Below, one piece after another: positions 1 through 17,000 of a DNA stretch of 64,000 bases. Under the pieces are notes generated by a model. The model did no database searches. It saw only the letters and a program-made list of their open reading frames with translations, and had not been told where the DNA came from. Source of the DNA: Nitrospirales bacterium. Its GTDB lineage: Bacteria; Nitrospirota; Nitrospiria; Nitrospirales; UBA8639. The stretch lies in contig CBDBCZ010000016.1 in the NCBI GenBank assembly GCA_965203295.1, positions 1 through 64,000 on the forward strand. The letters are read 5' to 3'. Numbering within the stretch: position 1 is the first letter of the stretch; each line of letters opens with the position of its first letter. The translations under genes were made by a program, and so were the position numbers.

Positions 1-1115
1 AGTGATTATTTTGCGTATGTATAGGACTGTCATGGCCTCCCAGGATATTTTTTTTTTACAAAACAACTACCCTAGCTGAGATTGAATTTGGTGGGTCTTG
101 GAACCTACACCCAAGAGTGGTTATATACCCCATAGCTTATGAGTTTGTGGTTATCCCAAGAAGCTGAGGGATCAATGCAAACAAGTGGGCTGAACAAATG
201 GGGGTTATACATTATAGTGTAGAAACATGAGTGGGTGTTGTCTATCTGACATAACACATTGCACATGCATGCAATCTGTGCTGTGTGGGAACAAGACAAA
301 TTATATGACAAAGTGTGGGTAGTGAGGGTATGTTTTAGCTGCTCAATTTTAAGGATCTCAGTTGGTTCTCGGAATTCATGATATTTGGAGTTCTCTTTCT
401 CACGAATTTGGCTTCTCAAACTTGTCATCTTCAAATGCCGACGTTTTGACTGCTGGGCTGCAGTCTTCCTCTGGGCAGACATCAATGCAGTGTGAAACAG
501 ATCATTTTTTGGATGATGTAATGTAGTATAAATAGCAACGACATGCTTATAGCAATGCAACTAAACAGGAATAGTATTTAAGTGTCGGGTCAGGAGTATG
601 TGTACCAGGAGTCCTGTAGTAAGTCCATTACTGCACTTCTTAGGGTCAGGTAATGATCAAAATACTCAAATCAGTCTTTTGGTTCTACATTGGCCCGTTG
701 CAGTCTGGCTTATACTGCCTCCCTCTAACTGAATACAGACGTAATTCCAGATGTAAATCAATACCTACATGTACCTTGCCCATGCATCTTTTAAGGAACA
801 CTAAACTATGTATATGCACAATCCCGTTTACAATGCTGTGCCCACTGGAATTACGTCTGTAGTTCTACTAGCACTACAAATGTGGGGTGTGTACATGAGT
901 ACTCAGTATGTCATCAAAGTATTGATTTGTTCTCCACCAAATGTTATACATGTACATGTACATAGCTACGTAATATATCTTGAGTGCTTTTGAAGTTCCC
1001 TAGCTTGTGTTGCATGCAGCGATCTCCATGTACAAGGTACTTAGTTTTGTGTGTGCATGTGTTGCATGCGTGTATCACTTGCAGAGCATCAATATCAACC
1101 CACCCACTTCCTTCC

Positions 1116-1263
<148 letters not shown>

Positions 1264-2782
1264 GCATGCAGGACCATCTAGTATGCTATCTTCCTGGCAC
1301 TCTGCCCCCGGGTGTGCACAATGGTCTTCCTAAGAAATACAGGACTATTGCCAAGAGCCTCTTGTACACCTGGTGCGCATGCCAGGTGTATAAGCAGATG
1401 CCAACCGGACTCAGTCTAGAGATTGTAAGGTACATTGTAAACTCTTCGAGATGATAAGCTTTCTGAGAAAGTAAAGAATCCCGAAAAAAAAAAAAACGAG
1501 ACCCAGCTGGAGATTGAACCCAGGACCTTGTATTTTAGGTGTACAGTAGGTGATAATGGTAGAAGTGGGGATTCTTCTTTAGGGTATTTACCAGAGGCCC
1601 TATTGCTGTCTAGGATTATAAAGGAAGACCTACTTTTTTCATCTGTTGGGGGGTGGAGTTTAGTACACTCAATAATTTTGTAGGGCTACAGTCTTATACA
1701 TGTACTAGGAAGAATAACTTAGGGTGGTGCAACCTCTGGTTTTCTTGCCCTCTGACTGGAGATCTTGCAAGCTTCACCTACATCTGTGATTATGTGTGGT
1801 TAATGACATAAGTTCTCTGACGGCAACATAAGTGTGTTTTATTATTCTTCTACAGCCTTTGGATCGTCATAATCTCCTCCGACCAGAGACAGTGGAGTCT
1901 CTGTTCTAGCTCTACCAGCTTACCAAGGACGAACAATACCGCAATTGGGGTTGGAAGATCTTTCAGGCCTTTGAGAAGTGTTATTTTCTGATGATAGTAG
2001 TTTAATATCAGTCGACAGATGGATCATCAATAATGAAGCTCACCCACTACATGTACCCATTTGGACAGATTACTATTTTTAACTGCATAAGATTATTTAG
2101 CGTTAGTGGTTTCAGAAGTGTACAGCACTCCTAACATATAATTTTTTTGTAAAATTATAATTTACAATAATAGAAAACGTTGCTATATACGAAGGGTGGT
2201 AGGAGTAGAGGGTACACTTTCAAACTGTGGATTTATAACCGCAGTTCACTGAAAATGAATACTTTTTGACATGTTTCTTTCCATAGCGTGCCATGGAAAG
2301 CCATTCTGTAGAGACAGAACCTTGTTCATTTATTATGCAATAGGAACTAGAATCCTGATGTCTATTCAAGTTTAATATGCAAGCTATGCTTATGGGACAA
2401 ACAAAAGCATACATGTACAACTCATTACTATCGTGGTGTATATCGTAAACAGTATGTACAAGGGAAATTACTTTATTAATTAAAGATACATAAATAGTTT
2501 ACTACAATATACGTGTATATAGCTAATCAGTGTATGAAAACTCCAGCAATAATAAGTATACCGATGTAGGTCAAAACCACAATGACTTAACAATTACTAG
2601 TTTTACATAACTCGAAAGGAAAAGCATGTGTGGCTAAGAAATTCTGAGCACATTATGTAGTAGCGGATAATTAAGCAATATCGATATCGTTTCAATAAAT
2701 AAACATCACTTTCACATAAAACGTGTACATGTGTGCTGTCTAAGAAAATCTGAGCACATTATGTACATGTAGCTGCATAAGT

Positions 2783-3320
2783 TCAGTGGTTACTTGTCTT
2801 ATACAACTTCTTTGCTAGCGATCTCAGGTAGTCTAAGTACTCCAACTTCTTGTAATGACCCTCAGGAACTCCCTCGTAGCCATGCTTTGCTCCCCAGCAA
2901 GCAGCGGCTATGATTCCAGTACTATCAGAATCACCACCATGTAGCATGCTGTGAAGACACAGCTCACTCCATGAGTCCCCACTACACGATAACGCATCAA
3001 AAGCAATCATTGGGGCGTCATGACCACTTGCACCTCCCGTGCCTGCAAAGCTGCAGCTCTTATAAAATCGATCACGTTCAATTACTCCATACACTTCTGG
3101 AAAAGTTGGTTTTGACACTCCAGATTCAATGCCTCGAAGTTTCAGATACTCAATCCACTTCTCAAAATAGCTCCAGGTCTCTCTATTCTCCTGGACATCC
3201 CGCCCAACTCTCTCAATGTACTGCTTTGCCAACTCTAAAGTTCGTAGTAGCCCCACTCCCCATTCCTCCAGTGGTTTTTCCTGAATTGCATACGAAACAA
3301 AAAGAGCTGTAGCAAGGGAC
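2783..3320 (-). pseudogene. ADPRH: ARH1 3' half (copy 1), open frame to a natural stop
   Basis: SLATALFVSYAIQEKPLEEWGVGLL...WSYFEKWIEYLKLRGI...GGASGHDAPMIAFDAL...HGGDSDSTGIIAAACWGAKHG...YKKLEY. This is the ARH1 C-terminal half with the DSDS metal-binding motif. Begins at the TSD next to the left TIR. Confidence 0.95.
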
Positions 3321-3376
3321 TGTAGGAACGCAAGCGCGAAACCAACGCAATTGCGAAACTAACGCAAACGAGAAAC
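3321..3376 (+). repeat. Left terminal inverted repeat (three ~17-bp AACGCAAnnGnGAAAC units)
   Basis: TGTAGGAACGCAAGCGCGAAACCAACGCAATTGCGAAACTAACGCAAACGAGAAAC. Confidence 0.95.
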
Positions 3377-3828
3377 CTGCCACACCCTACACTAGCCGGC
3401 CAGCCGCATGAACGTTTATACCCCGCCAACATCCGCCGTTGCATACAAAACACGATTGTTGTGCAAATACAAAGCATGCAGATCAGCTAACATACGATGG
3501 CGATGCATCTATTCAACAATGCCAGTGTAGTAGTGGTACTTGGCCAACAGAACCTACAGAAAAGCATAGATAACACTATCTATGAGTAGAACAAACACGG
3601 AGATTATGTCTGTGCATGCGTTCCTGTTTATAATCGATAATTCCTTCCAATTTCAGATCCATGAAGGATGTGAATGCAGCTCACATGTACTAAGGCTCGA
3701 CACGAGGATTAAAGCATAGATATTAAAGTCTACTATAGCTATTGAACATACATGTACTGACTGAGTATGCATGTGGTTGATTAATATCTGTAATTGTGTT
3801 TTGAGACCATGTGCATGCAACTTTACAG

Positions 3829-4288
3829 TGGTGATCATAGAGTCAGATGCAGTCTTTCTATTACCACAAGTTAGTGGAAGGGAAGAGCTTGAAGAGAAAA
3901 GTGCAGTACATCCAGCACAGAGAATGGCCATTAACATGCCTACCAGATATGGTGTGTATTTCAATAGGAATTTGCAAACAACTACAGAATATTTTTTCAT
4001 ATACAATCTTTTAATATCTTGCAGGTAGCTGAAGTCTCCCACCACATGGATGGGATAGCCTCAATTATTTTTAAAGGGAAGAGCATCGTAAAATCAGTGG
4101 ATCTTGCCTAAGATGTTTCGTATAATGAGGTAATGCATTGACTTATTCACACACCATGCAAGAGTAAAGTATATTATACCACTCACATTGTTCTCATGCA
4201 GGCTATGGTTCTACTCCTGCAGAAGAAATATGCACTACAGTATAATGCAGCCATTAATGCCCATATCCAAGAAGAATTCCCAAGATAA
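3829..4288 (+). pseudogene. Three terminal exons of an unidentified decayed gene
   Basis: GT-AG-bounded phase-0 exons 3829-3951 (123 nt), 4025-4129 (105 nt) and 4202-4288 (87 nt, ending TAA), with 73- and 72-nt introns. Reads ...QMQSFYYHKLVEGKSLKRKVQYIQHREWPLTCLPDM/VAEVSHHMDGIASIIFKGKSIVKSVDLA*DVSYNE/AMVLLLQKKYALQYNAAINAHIQEEFPR*, with internal stops. Confidence 0.55.
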
Positions 4289-4570
4289 TAGCATATTAAC
4301 TGAGGTTCCATGCTGCAACACAACATGAGAGTAGGTGCTACATACTACATGTAGCCTCGTTCCTAGGCTCTACTTCCCAGCTTTTGTTTTCGCACGTAAT
4401 AATTATTTAACTATGTACGAAAAAAAACTGGGAAATAAGTAGATATGGTTGTCGAGAATGCATCAAAAGTGCAGAAACTGGAATGAATACGCCTATATTT
4501 ATACCCATAGTAATCCTGGTCATGCTGGTTAAGTCACAACAGTTGTGAATATGTAAGTATACATCTACAG

Positions 4571-8899
<4,329 letters not shown>

Positions 8900-9046
8900 G
8901 TAAAATGAAATGCACACCTCCAATTACCATTTTTATATACATTAAACAGGCTATGACATACTCAATATGTAAGACTTGTAAGTATGCTGCTTTGCGATAC
9001 ATACTAACCCCCCCCCCCCCCCCGTATGAAAGCCTTGTGTGTGTGT

Positions 9047-9097
<51 letters not shown>

Positions 9098-10647
9098 GTG
9101 TGAAAAATCACAATTTTCGTTAAATAGAAGAAAATATAAGTTAAATATCACGGTTATACTTAAATACTTAGTCTAATATCACATTTTGCTATTCATTCTT
9201 CATCAGTAGCAAACTCATCTACTCATGATCAACTTGCAGCAGTGCATGCTATTATGTAGATGTGTGGTATATTGTCAAATCAGTGTGACCATAGATAGTG
9301 TCTTCAACTGACGTGACCCTCATTAGCTCCCAGCATTAAAAAGCCAAACTTGTCAACATGTTGAATACAATTTTATCTACACATCATCAGCTTAATCGCA
9401 ACAGTTTATTTTGCTTGTAAAACTGTGTTTGAAGTGTTCCTGTAAAAAAGCATCCCTGCTTTTAGTGTATCCTGGATGGGTATCAGTGATGGGGCCAGAG
9501 TTTGGGTGGGGCTTTAACAGATGAATAAATTTTGCATTCTAGCTACAAATGTTAAATTTATGCATTATTAAGCAGAGGGCATGGTGTATATTTGTTCCGC
9601 GCAATCTAGGAATTTGCGTAATCTCTAAATTGTGTTGCGCACTCACAGAATCCTGAAATTGCGTTCCAAGCTACTCAAGATTTAGAATGGACACATTTAT
9701 GCTCCATGTGCATGCTTCATTGCATCCTGTCACCATAACCCACTAGCGGCGTCTCAATGACCAAATTACAGAGTCATCACTCATAGATTAGGCAAACAGT
9801 CCAGTATTCAGTGAGCCTGATTCCTCCTCAAGATTGTATTAGCTTGTTTGTGCATGCTTGACAATGTACGTATTATACTTGAGTGAGCACACTGGCAAGG
9901 TTCCCTTTCAGCTGAGTGGGTGGGTTACAATTTACAAACTGTGTGGGGTCCTATGCTCAAGCGCTTACACCCTTTGTATGGTATGTTATACTTTTCATGT
10001 GGGTATCCAACTGAATGAAAGCCACTGAAATGTCACTGCAACTATGAATTTGTCTAGTGGTTCATGCGCTTCTGACGTCAAGAAAGATTCCGGAGTAAGA
10101 TTCCTGCATCGATGTACCACATACAGCATTATTTAGCAACACTACATGGTACTGTAGCAGATGTGAGTAGTATATTTGCAGATATTCAGTTAAATTGCTA
10201 ACTAATTAAAGGTTTAACTAGAGATACGTACACGCAGTATAATGCCTCGCGCACGAGCATTCAGTAGGTGTGGTTTGGTTGCACGTGTTTACAATGTGTG
10301 AGAATTTGACAGATAGAAAGGAGAGGTAGCTAAACGTGCATGAGAATTCGGCGAGTTCATCCTTCTCCAACGGTGGAAATTAACGCGGTGCATGGTTTCT
10401 CCAGCGAAAAAGAGCAACTGTTGTTAGCTAAAAAGCGCACGCACCTCTGGTCTTTTAGCTTCGATTTTGTATGCCGCTCGTTGCTTTCTATTGCGTAGTG
10501 TAGCAAGATGCCTAGCCCTTTCCCCACTCGTCTCGCCAACGTTGTCGGACTCCGTGACTCGGCTTTAGCCGACGCAACACGCCGGCCACGCCATGCGCGG
10601 TACGCAGTATAATTGCATTCCTAAGCGTGACACATGCATTTATAATA

Positions 10648-11207
10648 TGTTCCGCACGAACCAGGAATTTGCGCAATCCTAGAATCGCGCAATGCAAACT
10701 AGAAATCCATACTTTGTTGCGCAATCCCAGGATTGCGCAGCCAATTCCACTTTTGCGCACATGTGATATTGACACTTCTTTAGCTAGCTATAAAAATGCC
10801 ACGCTCGGTCAGTAATGCAGCATCTCTGTGGCTTGCAAGCCATCAGTTTCATTCATCCGTCTTTATTGCAAACTGTAGATTGCCAGAATAATTTTACAAT
10901 GTAATAGTTGTGACAAATGGTTTCATTACAAATTTAATGTGTTGGTTTTAACAAATACAATAGCAGACTATCAATAGTTGGCGATTGGTTTTGTAACCAC
11001 TGCCAGTAGTTTTTGCTTTCAGCACTTGACTCTTTGTTTATCCCTTTGCTGTCTATACTTTAACGCTTCATGCACTTCATATCAAAATTCGAACTTTGTA
11101 CGAACGAATTTAGTCTACGCAATGCAGGGATTGCGTGCCAAAGTACGGATTCCTACTTTGCGCAGCGCAATCCTAAGTTTGCGCGACTTCCTGGTTTGCG
11201 CGGAACA
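10648..11207. mobile_element. MITE with ~80-bp imperfect TIRs rich in GCGCAATCC (copies near 25982-26522 and 58931-59490; short relative near 9594-9695)
   Basis: TGTTCCGCACGAACCAGGAA ... TTCCTGGTTTGCGCGGAACA, flanked by TA. Confidence 0.8.
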
Positions 11208-12187
11208 TATATATTATACAAACGCTTGCTGAGATGCGTTACAGGATTAGTCTCCTCGTGCTAAGGCGCTCAGCAATAATAACTATGCCATATCACATCC
11301 AAAGGGACCAAAATTGGGCCAATTCTGCTGGAAGATGTAGCTGGGGGAGGGGGGGTGGGGGGGGGGGGGTCAATTTTCCAATGGTCCTTGGACCATTTCT
11401 TCCAGGACCAAGATGCCAGACACATCTGGATTTAGTTGGAACTATATTATTTAGGAAACCAGTTAGCCGCTATAAATTTCTTTCTACATGTATTATATAT
11501 TTCAGAGGGGGATCAGTGTGCAACTTGCTGTGTGGTTATAGATTTCTTTAACGTACAGCTTTACTTGTTAAGCTTCAGTCATACCACACACACTACATAC
11601 ACATTTCTGTGACAACCTCTCTCAATTAATTTATCCTCCAGTATAGAATTGACATGTAGTACATGGACATGTCTACAGCTACATCTACTTGTACACGCGT
11701 ACATAGCAAGTAGCTCAGCTGAAAGCTAAAGAGTTTGTGATGTACATGTAATACCTACTGTGCATACATGCAAATAGTATAGAACAAAACAAAAAAAATC
11801 GACACCTGTGTCGTAGGGATACTGCTTCTGGAGCTGCAGGGTGAAGCACTGCTGCTGTGAGGCACCTTATCTTCATTTGTAGTCATGGTAGTTGAAAAAC
11901 ATCAATGAAATCTCATTGACCTGCAATAGCAGAATCACATTTACAGTTATATTTAGTATACTTGCCTGCTGTGATAGTCTTGTTTGAAAGGAGGCAACCC
12001 ATGATACAAGAGCTGCATGGCTATGATATGACTGATGCTTAAACATTCTGACAATACAAGTAAAGTTGTACGTTCAAGAAATCTATACCCACACAGCACG
12101 TTGCACACTAATCCCCCTCTGAAATACACTTTCTCATAATCGACATGTAGAAACAAATTCATAGCTGCTAACTGGTTTCCTATATAA

Positions 12188-13515
12188 TGTAACGGAGGTC
12201 TCCTCCAGCAGTATTTAGCCTTAGGCTGGAGTCGAAGATTGACTCCATTGTAGACAGTATGGCTATTGTGAGCTGTTGTGCATTCTTGTGTTGTCAATGT
12301 TTCTGGGCATTCTTCTGTTGTTCATGTCTGCCAGCATTGTGTTTCTGTCCACCAGCCTGCATTTCTTTCTGAAGCATTCTTTCGTTGTCATGCTAAAGTC
12401 TATAAAAGCAGTCCATTCTTCTGTAAGACGCTGTTGATCCATTACTGTTGTAAAAAGTCTGTCATCTTTGTTCTGCGCTGCGTGCTCGCTGCTACGGCGA
12501 AGTTATAACCCGCGGGGTTCGCTACAATTGGTGTCAGGAGTGGGATAGCAGATGAGCACGAGAGCAGCTACTAGACAGCAGGAACTGGAAGAACAGCTGG
12601 CGAAGCTCATCGGCATGATGGGGCAGCAACAAGAGCGCCAGGAGCAGCAGCAAGAGCGGCAGGAGGCGAAGCTCATCGGCATGATGGAGCAACAGCTAGC
12701 GGGAGCGACAGGAGCAGCTCGCGAGTGAGCAGCGGCAGTGGCAAAAGGAGCTGGCCCATCAGCAGGAGCAGCAGCTGGAGCAGCTGGTAGAAAGGCAATG
12801 GAAAGTACTGGAAAATAAGCAGCTGGAGGGGGAGCAGCAAGTGGAAGCTCTTCAGTGCGATCTAGGACGTACCAAGGATGCCGTGGAGGGCAGATTCCAG
12901 ACGGCCGAAGGCTGGCTAGCAAGCTGCAAACCTCGCATCGAGTGCTGGCCGAGGAGATGCGGGAAAGCCAGGCCTCTTTGAGGGAGGAAGTACAGACAAA
13001 GCTGGAGACCCTTCAGAGCGTCGAGAAGAAGTCGCCAGAAACAACGCTCTCTCCGTCGTTGCGCGCATCTGCAGTCGAGCTCGAGGAGACGCGGACAAGT
13101 CAGGCATCTGTGAAACAGGAACGGCAGACGAAGCCGGAGAGTTCTGAGGAGAAGCCGACGGGGAGCGGGTCCTCTCCTCCCTTGCGGGCATCTGCAGTGG
13201 AGTTTATTACTACTGTGAATTCTTTCCTTGCAGGGGCAGATGACGGCATACATCGAACCTGTACGGGAGGTGGGGTTCTGCATGCAGCGACCACCACCGT
13301 ACGACGGGCGTTCATCTCGGGAGGCCTATATACCGGGCCCAATTCGAGATGTTGAGCCAGCCCAACCACTGGACAGAGACAGAGAAGGCCACACTACTGG
13401 CGGTGAGCCTAAGAGGAGCGGCCCTGACTGTCTTGTCCAATCTCACAAGTGAACGTCGCGGTGACTATAGAGCTTTGGTCATCGCCATGGAGAAGCGCTT
13501 TGGAGCCGACCAGTT
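12188..13515 (+). mobile_element. Truncated Ty3/Gypsy LTR retrotransposon: 5' LTR, tRNA-Leu PBS and decayed gag
   Basis: LTR TGTAAC...GCTACA at 12188-12526 with TATAAAA at 12401. PBS TGGTGTCAGGAGTGGGAT at 12529-12546 is complementary to a tRNA-Leu 3' end. ATG at 12552, a Q/E-rich coiled coil, then gag-like QRPPPYDGRSS...FEML...NHWTETEKATLLAVSLRGAALTVL...EKRFG. Frameshifted; no pol. Confidence 0.88.
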
Positions 13516-13828
13516 TTACAGACCAGTTTCTGTTTTCCCTTCTTCTTTTTCATTTAGCCCATTTCAATACATGATGGGACACCTGTATCAGATCCCAGTT
13601 CTACACACCAAAGAAGGAATACTCACGGTAGGTTCGATTTGTTGGAATGTAAGTCTGCACTATTGGTTTTTTTTTAGTCGGACATTCAATACCATTATTT
13701 TTACAGTACTTCTGAAATTTTTATGATATGTAATTATTTTTACAGTACTTCTGGAATTTCTGTGGGCCATATGAGTATTATGTTTCCAAAATCTAGACAT
13801 ACATGTGCAGGAGGATTGAGAACCCCCC

Positions 13829-13859
<31 letters not shown>

Positions 13860-14078
13860 ACACAAAAGCAACCTGGATTGATTTTAAAATTTCCTTCACA
13901 CCAGTTGGTACCCATCTAGTGTCTAGTGCAACGTAGCCTTGTCTCCACACACGCACACACACACTTTTAGTAGCTGTACCCACCCCTGATGTGACACTCG
14001 TTAATTGCATTCAGCCTGCTATGATTACTACAGTATATGTGTGTACATATTGTTATTCTTGGTCCTGTTTTAGGACAG

Positions 14079-17000
14079 GATGTTGTGGAACAAAGAGCAA
14101 GAGCAGGAGAGGATTCTGAAAGCAACTCTTTGCTACGTATACATGATGCCCTCATTGAGAAGGTATATTAAATATGTTTTACTCATGGAATCTCATTCTA
14201 GCTACATCCCTGGCCCTCCTACATGCAGGCCAAAATAGATAGCACAGGATAGTTGCTCTTGGCGTCGTAGAACACATTATTGTGATGCACGTTTTGTATT
14301 AAGTGGTTTATTTTCCTTGCTGGAAAACTTGCTGTATACACTCGAAAAGATGGTTAGTCTGAGTGGGCCATCAGCCTGTTCTGATCATTGGCCCTTACTT
14401 ACATGTACATGTACATGTATGTACACAGCTGACTATGTACATACATGTATCTGCTTTTCAAGGTTTGTGTACTGGATTCTGAAATACAAGTTGCATACAT
14501 ATTCAGACTACATGCCACGTTTTACAGGATTATCAAGTGCAGTGCCTAACTGACATGAGTCTGTAGGCTGGCTCTGTTTGAGTCTGAGAGCCAAAGAAAG
14601 GATGCTGTTATAGCTGAACTAAGGAAAGAACTGGCTGCTTACAAGAAGAACCCAAAGGCTAAAGATCTGAGGTATGTAAATTATGTGGAAAACAAGGCAG
14701 AAATATTGTAGAGACTGCGTATAGCTCTGAACTATTCCTACTCTGTCAAAGCTGCGTATGGGCATCATGCATATGAAACACACACACACATTTTCCATCT
14801 TAGCTTGTAATAGGCTTTACTAGGTTTGGATCACTCTCTGCTTCATACTAATCATTGCATGTTTAACTGCTCATGTTACATGTAGTTGTGGTGCTTTCAC
14901 AGTTAGTTTCAAAGTAATGTATACAATGTTTTGCATACGTAGTTATGTTTCTATGGAGGAGCACCTGGAATCATTTGAAAGTCGTTTGTAAGAAATGATA
15001 TCTGGTGTAGAAATGCTGAAGAAACAGGTCTGTATCACTTCAGACTGCCAGTATAAACCTTTATGTATGTATGTACCTACGCACATGTATGTATGTTAAT
15101 TACACATTTGGTCAACAGCATGGGCAGGTGCATGTTGAAACTTACTTGCATACAAAGCATGTGGCATACTACGTTCTACTGTAGACCACACGTTTATCCA
15201 GAATTGTGAATTGTTATCTTTAACAGCTAGCTGACACTGAGAGCCAACTGCAGTCTGCTACTAGCCGTAGCTCTTCACTCTGGAAAGAGCTGATGGGCAA
15301 GGATGCCACTGTGACTTCACTGACTCAGGAAAACCGGAGATTACAGGAGGAGAGCAAACTTTCTGCATGGCGCTCCTCTCAACTGAAACAAGAGTGTTGA
15401 GAAAGACGTACATCTAATGCTTCCCTTCAAAAGCAGGTCAGCATCATGTTCACTGTATACATATGTGTGTCATGTACATAACATTGGGTATGGTGATTCT
15501 GTGTACATACAGCTCTTGTATGCATGTACGTCTATGTTTGGTCTAGGGCAATGTACATGTTCACACCTTCCGGATTTTAAAGGTATTGTTAACTTGAAGG
15601 CCTGGTACTCGGGCAAAAACCTGGGACTATTTATTTGAATTATAAGTGCCCAGTTATGCTTACCAGAAGATTGTGTTAGCAGTAAAGAAGCTACTTTACT
15701 GTATCATACCTCCTAAAACCAGAGCCCAGCTGGGAGTTGAACCCATGCAGGACCTTCTGATTGCTAGTCAGTAGGCAAGTTTTATACGTAGCTACTAACC
15801 CACTAGAAGCAGTCGCCAATATGACCTGCCAATTCTAATTGTGATTACTCTCTTAAGATAGTATCATGCAGCACCCATGTATGTGTTGCTGCTCTTTTCT
15901 GTTATTATGTTTCATGTTGCATACATACAACAGGTGAAAAGTTGACAGAACTAAATAATGATCTTCAAAAGGTAAATGTGTAGAAAGTAACTGTCAATTA
16001 TTGGAGTATGGAGAAACAGGATGTTCAAATCATATGTAGTATTCTGAATCACTACGATGCACACTTAGTAATACATTTAATATGCTTTCAACACTTGATA
16101 TGTCGTGATTCACTCTCACTTGCTGTCAGTGAGTATGTTTTGAGATTGTGAAGTACAGTAGAACGGTAGTGCAATTTCACCGGTTTCCAAAGCTATACTT
16201 CCAGCTGCTGCGGTGCATATGTATATGTGTGGGTGTTCAAACTTACGTAACAATAGATGTTAGATTTATGCACTGTGCACTGTCCTCAAACACATTATAC
16301 GTATATGTACATATACGCAGTAACTAAAATACATACGTGCCTGTATACGTAGTTACTATAATTATAGTACTGCCATAACATAGGGCCTGGAGTGTATATT
16401 ATACTAAAGATTAAGGAATGTTTCAGTCGTAGATCTCAATATATATGCAGCAGGCTATGGAACCTTTACTTCCCAAAGTGTGTTTGATGATGCTACATGA
16501 ATCAGTTTGTTTATGCAGAGAGTATTTCTATTACCACCAGCAACAACATCAATGATTCTTAACCATATTTCCTGCGTATACACCTGCACCTCTGCTTCTT
16601 TGCCGTACTTATACACTTATACAGTGTGTTACTGATTTTTTGCGGAACACAGTGCTCCAGAAATGAATGAATGATGTAGGTATATATGTATACAATAAAT
16701 ATGTACACTGTTTTTCTGCGTACATGGTGTATGGAAATGTAGATTACTGGAGTAGCATCTAGAAACACACAACTCCATGTGGCAAGAGTCAAACCTGCTC
16801 TAGTTGTTGAGTCACTCTTTCAATGTCCTCTTTCAGATGTGTGTTCTCCTCCACCAGTGTTGTCACAGCACTAGTAGCTGCTTCAGGGCTGATGTCAGTG
16901 CTCTGAGACAGCCCGTTGGAGGCTAGTGTAACCAGCTGCTTACATAAAGTGGACATCTGTATGCACAAGAGGCATACACACGTGACAGGGGTATACATAA

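Noticed and set aside
105..560. 151-aa ORF, duplicated at 47924-48379
   Set aside because: It overlaps a non-coding dispersed repeat, has no recognisable domain, and its conservation only reflects the recent duplication.
12503..13369. Several minus-strand ORFs over the GC-rich region
   Set aside because: They are antisense shadows of the Gypsy gag remnant.
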